Assembly: GCA_017554455.1 (NCBI GenBank)
Contig: JAFZIH010000142.1
Coordinates: 1 to 53,924 of the forward strand
Length of the DNA: 53,924 nucleotides
Direction of reading: 5' to 3'
Source: Clostridia bacterium
GTDB taxonomy: Bacteria; Bacillota; Clostridia; Christensenellales; CAG-138
The notes under the pieces were generated by a model. The model searched no databases and was not told the DNA's origin. It saw only the letters and a program-made list of their open reading frames with translations. The position numbers were made by a program, and so were the translations under genes. Shown here one piece after another: positions 1 through 7,077 of this stretch. Numbering within the stretch: position 1 is the stretch's first letter; the number at the start of each line of letters is the position of its first letter.

Positions 1-149
1 CCGAGCGCCATGGTCAGATTCGCCTGGGAGTCGAGGTCGATCAGAAGAACGTCGTAGCCCTGTCGTACAAGCCCTGCTCCCAGGTTAACGGTGGTGGAGG
101 TCTTTCCAACACCGCCTTTTTGATTCGCTATTGCGATCACTTTGGTCAT
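1..149 (-). CDS. ParA/Soj-family partition ATPase, N-terminal 49 codons only (gene runs off the left edge)
   Basis: Reverse strand from ATG (147-149) reads [49 protein letters not shown]. This carries the deviant Walker A KGGxGKT of ParA/MinD ATPases. GAGG Shine-Dalgarno at 157-160. Absent from the ORF track because it has no stop inside the window. Confidence 0.85.
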   Translation of the reverse strand, partial: MTKVIAIANQKGGVGKTSTTVNLGAGLVRQGYDVLLIDLDSQANLTMAL

Positions 150-439
150 TGGGTTACCTCATTTTGTGTTTATCGATGTTCTTACCAACTCGGGCCGTCG
201 TCCTCACGCATGTTCTCTCGAACCCCCGCATCCAGCCGGGCCGCCCAATGCTGTGAAGCGTTCAAGGCGGAAGTATCATTCTGGTGTTACCCGAGATTGG
301 CTATTCCGTTGTCAAGGTGGAGGGCTTTGATTTTTGCCCCTCACCTATAACCGTGGCGAGATTTGGATTTTTGAAATGAATTGAAGGAATATATTATTTT
401 CTTTCGGGAAGCGGAACGCCGCCTGCATAACAGGAATCA

Positions 440-625
440 GCGGAATTTCCGTCCAATGCTTCCGCTGGAATCCGTTGGAATCCAATGTAAATTCCAAAGA
501 AATGTGCTAAAAATGTGCTAAAACCAGGTTTTGAAGCGAATGAAACAGTGTTGAGGGCTTCGCGTTTTATGCAGAATGAGAACCAGTATGCAGCGGCTTG
601 AAAAATGTGCTACGGCATGTGCTAT
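440..625. repeat. Iteron-like short direct repeats in the ParA-tRNA spacer
   Basis: TGGAATCC at 466-473 and 476-483 (10-bp phase). TCCAATG at 452-458 and 481-487. Tandem AAATGTGCTAA at 500-510 and 511-521. Further ATGTGCTA at 605-612 and 617-624. Confidence 0.5.
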
Positions 626-631
626 ACGAGC

Positions 632-674
632 AAAAAAAGAAAACCCCCGAAAACGTAGTGTTTACGGGGGTTTT
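632..674 (-). terminator. Rho-independent terminator downstream of tRNA-Arg
   Basis: Stem AAAACCCCCG (640-649) pairs with CGGGGGTTTT (665-674). On the minus strand it is followed by a T-run (complement of 632-639). Confidence 0.7.
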
Positions 675-675
675 C

Positions 676-752
676 TGGCGTGCCTGACACGATTCGAACG
701 TGCGGCCTTTAGAGTCGGAGTCTAACGCTCTATCCAGCTGAGCTACAGGCAC
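676..752 (-). tRNA. tRNA-Arg (anticodon CCG)
   Basis: The reverse complement folds as a 77-nt cloverleaf: acceptor GTGCCTG/CAGGCAC, D arm GCTC/GAGC, anticodon stem TTAGA/TCTAA with loop CTCCGAC, T arm GCACG-TTCGAAT-CGTGT, encoded CCA. Confidence 0.9.
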
Positions 753-787
753 ATATGTGGTTTTTATGCAATTTTCAAGGACTATAG

Positions 788-835
788 GCCTTCAGCGTCG
801 GAGTCTGACGCTCTATCCAGCTGAGCTACAGGCAC
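788..835 (-). pseudogene. Truncated tRNA-Arg(CCG) paralogue (5' 48 nt, no T arm or acceptor 3' strand)
   Basis: The reverse complement GTGCCTGTAGCTCAGCTGGATAGAGCGTCAGACTCCGACGCTGAAGGCC matches the intact tRNA except at 3 anticodon-stem positions. Similarity stops after the variable loop. Confidence 0.75.
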
Positions 836-914
836 ACGGCACGGTGGTTATTATAACACAGGTTTTGACGCGTTGCAAGTATGAAAAACGGGACCGCAGG
901 ATCCCGTTTTCTTA

Positions 915-1820
915 TCAATCGTTGATCTCTTTGCAGAAATAGATCTTGCCCGGCTCCAGCGGCGTTCCGGAGCTTTCCAAAAGTTCTGAAACCGTCACGA
1001 GGTCGTAGCCCTGTTCGAGAAGCCACGGGATCATTTCGTCAAGCGCGTCGAGCGTCGGCTGATGATGGTCGTGACAGAGGATGATGGAACCGTTTTTCGT
1101 CTCCTTTTTGACGACGTCCATGATCTTCTTCACGTTCTGCGTCTTCCAGTCGTAGGTATCCACGGACCATCGGATGACCGCAAGCCCCGCCTTCTTTGCG
1201 CCGCTTGTCACGTGTCCGTTGGTTTTTCCTTTCGGCGGCCGCATCGTTCTCGGCTGATAGCCGCCCTCGACCCAGCCGGAGATCTCCTCACACGCGCTTT
1301 CGAGACGCTGCGCGTTCCTGTTGCCGGAAAACTGCGTCATTGCTTCATGCGTCAGCCCGTGCACGCCGATCTCGTGTCCGCCGTCCACCATCATCTGAAG
1401 CATGTATCCGTTCTTATCGTTGATCGCGGAACCAAGCACGAAAAACGTCGCCTTGACGTGATATTGCTCGAGCTTTTCGAGCACCGGTACGGTTATCGTC
1501 ATGTTCGGCCCGTCGTCGAACGTCAGCGCGACCATCGGCCGGTTCGGGTCCTTCGTGGGTCCCGGCGTCGGCGTCGGATCCGGCGTGGGAGTCGGTTCCG
1601 GAGTCGGCGTGGGCGTGGGCGTCGGCGGCAGCGTCGGCAGCGGCACTTCCGTCTCCGGCACGCGCGTTTCGGCGACCGCGACGATCATGTCCGATATGTC
1701 GTCATCGTTCCGGTCTGTCGGCTGTTCCGTTGCCGGCATAGCGGCGGACGGCGCGGAAGAATACTCCGCGCAGCCGAGCAGGAACAGGATGGAGAGCAGC
1801 AATACAAGGATTCGTTTCAT
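915..1820 (-). CDS. Polysaccharide deacetylase (NodB-domain) lipoprotein
   Basis: Signal peptide with lipobox (LFLLGC), Pro/Thr-rich linker, NodB motifs LTFDDGP and HGLTHE. Confidence 0.85.
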   Translation of the reverse strand: MKRILVLLLSILFLLGCAEYSSAPSAAMPATEQPTDRNDDDISDMIVAVAETRVPETEVPLPTLPPTPTPTPTPEPTPTPDPTPTPGPTKDPNRPMVALTFDDGPNMTITVPVLEKLEQYHVKATFFVLGSAINDKNGYMLQMMVDGGHEIGVHGLTHEAMTQFSGNRNAQRLESACEEISGWVEGGYQPRTMRPPKGKTNGHVTSGAKKAGLAVIRWSVDTYDWKTQNVKKIMDVVKKETKNGSIILCHDHHQPTLDALDEMIPWLLEQGYDLVTVSELLESSGTPLEPGKIYFCKEIND

Positions 1821-1887
1821 GCTTCATTTTATATCACATTTTGCCGAAAAATGCAACTTTATAAAGCACGCGCGCGAAAGAAGCGGA

Positions 1888-2352
1888 TCAGAGGCGGCAG
1901 ACGTCGATCCATTCTGCGTTCGGACATGCGCGTTCAAGCTCCGCGATCGTGAGCCGCACAGCGCTGTGATCCGTGCCCGCGGCGGGATAAACGATCTCAT
2001 GCAGCTTCAAACTTTCGTCGAGATAAACCGTGACATTTTCATTCACGCCGAACGGGCAGACGCCGCCGACCGCGTGTCCGATCAGCGGTTCGACGAGCTC
2101 CGAAGGGATCATCTTTGCCTTGCAGGAAAAGCGCGCTCTGTATTTTGCGTTGTCGATGCGCGCGCTGCCTTCCGCAAGGATCAGCACGGGCCGATCGCCC
2201 TGCAAAAACGATAGGGTTTTCGCGATCATGCCGGGTTCGCAGCCGAGCGCCTCCGCGGCTTCGGCGACCGTCGCGCTGCTTTGCGCGGGAATGATGATAC
2301 GGTCCGCAAGACCCTTTTCGAGAAGATATGCTTTTGCCCGTTCCAACGACAT
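1888..2352 (-). CDS. YbaK/EbsC-type aminoacyl-tRNA deacylase (Cys-tRNA(Pro) deacylase-like)
   Basis: The family-like sequence starts at MSLERAKAYL. GGAGGA SD lies upstream of the ATG at 2350-2352. The longer 226-aa ORF start has no SD. GGVCPFG motif present. Confidence 0.75.
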   Translation of the reverse strand: MSLERAKAYLLEKGLADRIIIPAQSSATVAEAAEALGCEPGMIAKTLSFLQGDRPVLILAEGSARIDNAKYRARFSCKAKMIPSELVEPLIGHAVGGVCPFGVNENVTVYLDESLKLHEIVYPAAGTDHSAVRLTIAELERACPNAEWIDVCRL

Positions 2353-2506
2353 GATCCGATCCTCCAGTCGCACGTTTTTATCAGTATAGCGCATTTCGGC
2401 GGCGTTGAAAAGGCACTTTTCGGTTTCCTGCCGAAACGACTTGCTTTTTCGGGCATGCGCTGATATACTTTTTGCACGCAATACAGATAATGAGGAAACA
2501 ATCGAA

Positions 2507-3865
2507 ATGATCAGTGAAAAAAAGCGAAAGGTATTGTCGCAGAACAAAATGCGGTTCCCGATCGCCATCGAAACGGCCGCAGCGAAGGAATTGTCCGAAA
2601 AAGAGCGGGACGGCGCGTTCTACGAGGAGCTTTTGGAGCTTGCGGTGTCGCTTGCGAACAAGCTGCAGGCATGCGGCGCGGAGACGTACCGCGTGGAGGA
2701 CACGATCAACCGCATCATCGAGGCGTACGGCGTCGAGCGCGTGGACGCGTTCGTCATCCCGAGCAGCATCATGGCAAGCATGGAGACCGACGACGGACAG
2801 ATCCTGACGAAGATCCGGCGGCTGAAAAGCAGCGAAACGCTGTTGGACGGCATTGAGCGCTATTCGGCGCTTTCGCGGAAGATCTGCGCGGAAAAGCCGA
2901 GCATGCGGGAAGCGCGGGCGATGCTCCGGGAGACCGAGAAAAAGGTTTGCCGCTATCCGCTTCCGATCTTCTACCTTGCTGCGTTTCTGATCGGCGTCGG
3001 CTTCGGCGTGTTCTTCGGCGGCGGGATCCTCGAAGGGCTCGCGGCGGGCTTATGCGGGCTTGCGATCGGCGCGGGCACGCGGTTCATGGGCAGATTCCAC
3101 GCGAACGCCTTCTTTACCTCTTTCGTATGCAGCTTTATCCTCGGATTCTTGGCGAACACGTTCACGGCGATCGGATTCGGCAAGAACGCGGACATCACGG
3201 TCATCGGCGCGATCATGCTGCTGGTCCCGGGCTTCCTGTTTACCAACAGTTTGAGAGACGTCATCTACGGCGATACCATGTCCGGGCTCAACCGCCTCGT
3301 GCAGGTGCTGATCATCGGCGTTGCGCTGGCGTTCGGCACGAGCTCCGGGGTCAGCTTGGCGCGGCATATCTTTCCGAACGTCGTGTTTACGCTGGAGCCG
3401 ATCGACCACCCCTTGTGGATCCAATGCATCGCGGGGCTTGTAGGCACGCTCGGTTTCGGGCTGATGTTCAACATGCACGGCCGGGGCATTCCGTTCGCGA
3501 TCCTGGGCAGCATCATTTCGTGGCCGGTCTGCGTACTCTGCATGCGCATCGGGCTTGCGGAGCCGATCGCGTATCTCATTGCGGCCGCCGTGTCCTGCTT
3601 CTATGCGGAGATCATGGCGCGCATCCGCAAGTTCCCGGCGACGAGCTACCTGCTGTGTGCGCTCGTACCGCTGATCCCCGGTTCCGGTATCTATTATACA
3701 ATGGACTTTATCCGCCGCGGCATGCTTTCGGAAGCATATGACAAAGGTATGCTCACCGCGGCGATCGCGGGTTCTATGGCGGTCGGCGTACTGCTCGTTT
3801 CCACCGGCTTCCGCATGTGGGGCGTCGGAAAAAAACGCCGCGCATCCCGGAAAGCAGCCAAATGA
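2507..3865 (+). CDS. ThrE-family (DUF1212 + DUF3815) putative threonine/serine exporter, fused form
   Basis: N-terminal soluble plus TM half (GAETYRVEDT, typical ThrE signature) followed by a second multi-TM half. GAGGA SD at 2492-2496. ATG at 2507. Confidence 0.75.
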   Translation: MISEKKRKVLSQNKMRFPIAIETAAAKELSEKERDGAFYEELLELAVSLANKLQACGAETYRVEDTINRIIEAYGVERVDAFVIPSSIMASMETDDGQILTKIRRLKSSETLLDGIERYSALSRKICAEKPSMREARAMLRETEKKVCRYPLPIFYLAAFLIGVGFGVFFGGGILEGLAAGLCGLAIGAGTRFMGRFHANAFFTSFVCSFILGFLANTFTAIGFGKNADITVIGAIMLLVPGFLFTNSLRDVIYGDTMSGLNRLVQVLIIGVALAFGTSSGVSLARHIFPNVVFTLEPIDHPLWIQCIAGLVGTLGFGLMFNMHGRGIPFAILGSIISWPVCVLCMRIGLAEPIAYLIAAAVSCFYAEIMARIRKFPATSYLLCALVPLIPGSGIYYTMDFIRRGMLSEAYDKGMLTAAIAGSMAVGVLLVSTGFRMWGVGKKRRASRKAAK

Positions 3866-3905
3866 TACGCGCGCAGCGATTAAATGCGCAGAGGGGAGAA
3901 AACAG

Positions 3906-6596
3906 TTGAAAGGGTCTTATGCAATATCGGTCGTAACGGCGGTGTACAACGCCGCGCCGTTTCTTCCGGAAACCTATGAGAGCTTGCTGAAACAGGACAT
4001 CGGGTTCTCCGAGATCCAGTGGATTTTATGCGACGACGGCTCGACAGACGAAAGTCCGGCGATGTGCGACGAATATGCAAAGAAGCATCCGGACAACGTG
4101 GTCGTGATCCACAAGGAGAACGGCGGCGTATCCTCGGCGCGAAACGCCTGCCTTCCGCACGTGCGCGGCAAGTACGTGAGCTTTCTCGACGCGGACGACT
4201 GTCTTTCCGAAAGCGCGATAAGAGAGGTCTGCACGTTCTTTGAAGAGCATCCCGAAACGGACGTCGTTTCACTGCCCATGATCTTCTTCGACGGCGCGAG
4301 CGGCAAACACCCGTTAAATTACAAGTACAATAAAGGGTCGCGCGTCATCGATCTGAAGCTGGAACCGTTCAATCCCCAGCTGGCCGTTACGTCCGCGTTC
4401 GTTCGGGCGGACGCGCTTCGCGGCAAATCATTCGATACAAACCTCAGCTATGCGGAGGACGCGAAGCTTCTGCAATCCATCCTGATCGAGAAGATGACCC
4501 TCGGCGTATATGCCGACGCAGAACACCTGTATCGCCGCCGTTCGACCGGACAGCTCAGCGCGATCCAGAATTCCGGCAACAACAAGGCGTGGTATATCCC
4601 GTACCTGACGCATTTCTGCAAGGAAACGTTTGACGCGTGCGAAGAGCGCTTCGGCTCGATCCCGCGGTTTATTCAGAATACCGTCGCGTACGATCTGCAA
4701 TGGCGCGTCAAGCAAAACAAGATCCCCACCGCAGTCCTGACGCCGGAAGAAAAAGAGGAATACCGGGCACTGCTGTTTTCGCTGGTGAAGCGGATCGACG
4801 ACGATATTCTTGCGCGCCAGTCTGCGCTGAATGCGATGCAGCGGGCGTTCCTCCTCAATAAAAAGCACGACGCCGTTCCTGTCAGCGCTTCGGTTCAGTC
4901 GTTGGGCCGGCTGTGTTATTATCCCGGCGGAAAGCCGTTCAAGCTGGATTTTGATCCGCTGTACGTCGATTTCTGCTCGATCGAAGACGGGATCGTCACG
5001 ATCGAGTGCATGATGCAGATGGTTACCGGTCTGGACACGGAGCCGCCGATGATCGTTGCGGAGGCAAGAAAAGACAACTACACCTGCGAACCGATCGACC
5101 GGCATCAGGACGAGCTTTCGATGGACCTCCCGATCGCAAGACGCTTCGGTTACACGTTCAGGATCCCGCTTCCGGACGACCCGAACGAAACGCTGCGGAT
5201 CCGCTTTAAGCTGCGCACACCGGAAGGCGACATTCCGTGGAACGGACTGTATCTCAAACAGTTTTTCCCCATTTCGGGAAAATACCGGAACGCTTACGCG
5301 CAGATCGGGGACAGGATCCTGAAAAAAGAAAAATCCGAACTGGTCATCTGCAAGGCGAAGGGCAATCGCTTAAAGAGCGAGCTGAAGTTCCAAAGGGAAC
5401 TGCTCGGCAGAAAGAACCGTCTCGATCTTCACGCACTGATCGGAAGGATCGTTTATACGCTGGCAAAGCCGTTCAAAAGAAAGCCGATCTGGCTGATCTC
5501 CGACCGCATGGAGGTCGCGGGCGACAACGGCGAAGCGCTGTTCCGCTATCTTTCGGATCTGCATCTCAAAGACGTGAAACTGTATTTCGCGCTGTCCGAC
5601 AAATGCCCGACGTTCGCCGAATTGAAAAAGATCGGCAAGGTCGTGAAAGCGCGTTCGGCGTTCCATAAAATGCTGTTCCTTCTGTGCGATATGAACATCT
5701 CCTCGCAGGCGGACGACGATATCATTACGCAGTTTTCGAAATACGATTCGGCATACCGCGACATTCAGAACCGGATCCGGTTTGTATTTTTGCAGCACGG
5801 CGTCATCAAGGACGATCTGTCCGGATGGCTGAACCGCTACAACCGCAACATCGACGGATTCGTCACGTCGGCAAAGGCGGAAGCGGATTCGATCCGCGAT
5901 TATGCATACTTCTATTCGGACGATGCGATCTGGCTGACGGGACTTCCGCGCTTTGACCGCCTGTATCACGATGAAAAGCGCTGCATCACGATCATGCCGA
6001 CGTGGCGGCATATGTGGGTCTCGCATACCGATCCGGGCACGGGCGTGCGCATGCTCAAGAACGGATTCGAGGAAGGCAGCTTCTATCGTTTCTACAACGC
6101 GCTGCTGAACGACGAACGGCTGCTGAACGCCGCGAAAAAGAACGGCTACACGGTGCGGTTTCTGCCGCATCCGCTGCTGCAGCCGCATATGGGCCGCTTC
6201 ACGAAGAATGCGGACGTTACGTTCCTCCCGGCGGATACGCCGTACCGGCAGGTGTTTGCCGAGAGCGATCTCGTGCTGACCGATTATTCCTCGGTCGTGT
6301 TCGATTTCGTATATCTCAGAAAGCCCGTCGTCTATACCCAGTTCGATCGCGAAGAATTCTATTCCGGCGATCACATGTACGTACCTGGTTATTTCGATTA
6401 CGACCGCGACGGCTTCGGCGAAGTCGAAACGGAATACGAAGCGACCGTCGACCGGCTGATCGAATACATGGAAAACGACTGCAGACTGAAGGACGAATAC
6501 CGCGCGCGCATCGACGGCTTCTTTGCCTACAACGACCGTGAAAACTGCCGCCGCGTCTACGAAAAGATCCGCGAACTCGAAGCGAAAACGAAATGA
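3906..6596 (+). CDS. Bifunctional GT2 glycosyltransferase / CDP-glycerol glycerophosphotransferase (TagF-like)
   Basis: N-terminus ISVVTAVYNAAPFL...CDDGSTDES...DADD (GT-A fold, GT2). The C-terminal ~380 aa resemble the TagF/TarF Glyphos_transf domain (WLISDR...GDNGEALF...FLQHG). In-frame TTG at 3906 is preceded by GAGGGGAG. The ORF-track start at 3738 overlaps the upstream gene. Confidence 0.8.
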   Translation: MKGSYAISVVTAVYNAAPFLPETYESLLKQDIGFSEIQWILCDDGSTDESPAMCDEYAKKHPDNVVVIHKENGGVSSARNACLPHVRGKYVSFLDADDCLSESAIREVCTFFEEHPETDVVSLPMIFFDGASGKHPLNYKYNKGSRVIDLKLEPFNPQLAVTSAFVRADALRGKSFDTNLSYAEDAKLLQSILIEKMTLGVYADAEHLYRRRSTGQLSAIQNSGNNKAWYIPYLTHFCKETFDACEERFGSIPRFIQNTVAYDLQWRVKQNKIPTAVLTPEEKEEYRALLFSLVKRIDDDILARQSALNAMQRAFLLNKKHDAVPVSASVQSLGRLCYYPGGKPFKLDFDPLYVDFCSIEDGIVTIECMMQMVTGLDTEPPMIVAEARKDNYTCEPIDRHQDELSMDLPIARRFGYTFRIPLPDDPNETLRIRFKLRTPEGDIPWNGLYLKQFFPISGKYRNAYAQIGDRILKKEKSELVICKAKGNRLKSELKFQRELLGRKNRLDLHALIGRIVYTLAKPFKRKPIWLISDRMEVAGDNGEALFRYLSDLHLKDVKLYFALSDKCPTFAELKKIGKVVKARSAFHKMLFLLCDMNISSQADDDIITQFSKYDSAYRDIQNRIRFVFLQHGVIKDDLSGWLNRYNRNIDGFVTSAKAEADSIRDYAYFYSDDAIWLTGLPRFDRLYHDEKRCITIMPTWRHMWVSHTDPGTGVRMLKNGFEEGSFYRFYNALLNDERLLNAAKKNGYTVRFLPHPLLQPHMGRFTKNADVTFLPADTPYRQVFAESDLVLTDYSSVVFDFVYLRKPVVYTQFDREEFYSGDHMYVPGYFDYDRDGFGEVETEYEATVDRLIEYMENDCRLKDEYRARIDGFFAYNDRENCRRVYEKIRELEAKTK

Positions 6597-6610
6597 AGAT
6601 CGCATATCAA

Positions 6611-6644
6611 AAGCCGCCCGGGTTTTCCGGACGGCTTGTTTGTT
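6611..6644. terminator. Bidirectional hairpin terminator between convergent tagF-like and hypA genes
   Basis: AAGCCGCCCGG / CCGGACGGCTT stem with T-rich tracts on both strands. Confidence 0.6.
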
Positions 6645-6726
6645 CTATGGAGCCCTCCTTGTGTAAAGGAGGGTGGCGGGCGAAGCCCGTCGGGAGGATT
6701 GTTCGAACTCTCCGAGCATCGGCAAA

Positions 6727-7074
6727 CTAATCCTCGACTTCTATTTCCTTGATGACACACTCGCTGCCCTTCAGAAGCCACGTTTCGCCGCTGCCGCAGT
6801 AGGGACATGTGCGCCCGTACTGCACCGTGGGATAGGTCCTTTTGCACGCGTCGCACCATGTCACCGCGGGAATTGTCTCCAAAACCAGCTCGGCGGTGTC
6901 GAGCACGGGATGACGCTTTTTAAAATAGTTCCAGCAGTCGACAAAATAGTCCGTCATGATGCCGGAGACCTCGCCGACTTCGAGCGTCACCCGCGTGATC
7001 TTTTTGATGTCCTGCTCCGCCGCGGTCTCCTCAAGGGATTTCGCAAGGTGCAGGATGATGCCCATCTCGTGCAT
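6727..7074 (-). CDS. hypA: Hydrogenase/urease nickel incorporation metallochaperone HypA
   Basis: N-terminal MHE Ni-binding motif. Two CxxC pairs (CDAC...CPYC) form the Zn site. Length 115 aa. Confidence 0.9.
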   Translation of the reverse strand: MHEMGIILHLAKSLEETAAEQDIKKITRVTLEVGEVSGIMTDYFVDCWNYFKKRHPVLDTAELVLETIPAVTWCDACKRTYPTVQYGRTCPYCGSGETWLLKGSECVIKEIEVED

Positions 7075-7077
7075 GGC

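Noticed and set aside
120-350. 76-aa and 62-aa plus-strand ORFs at the left edge.
   Set aside because: They overlap the ParA start and its SD on the opposite strand. They have no SD and an odd composition. The region is better explained as the ParA 5' end plus its promoter.
567-942. 61-aa ORFs at 567-752(-) and 757-942(+).
   Set aside because: They are translations through the tRNA-Arg gene and the tRNA stump.
1555-1650. GC-rich short tandem repeat in DNA (GGCGTCGG/GGCGTGGG units).
   Set aside because: It encodes the in-frame Pro/Thr-rich linker (PTPTPTPTPEPTPTPDPTPTPGPT) of the deacetylase lipoprotein and is not an independent element.
2405-2506. Longer N-terminal extensions offered by the ORF track. 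Examples: 2405 for the ThrE gene, 3738 for tagF-like, 2568 for ybaK, 34202 for dapF, 32124 for glmS, 44154 for the CBM protein, 48103 for lacI, 50028 for the SBP.
   Set aside because: In each case an internal start has a proper GGAGG-type SD, the family-conserved N-terminus begins there, and the extension overlaps a neighbouring gene or promoter.
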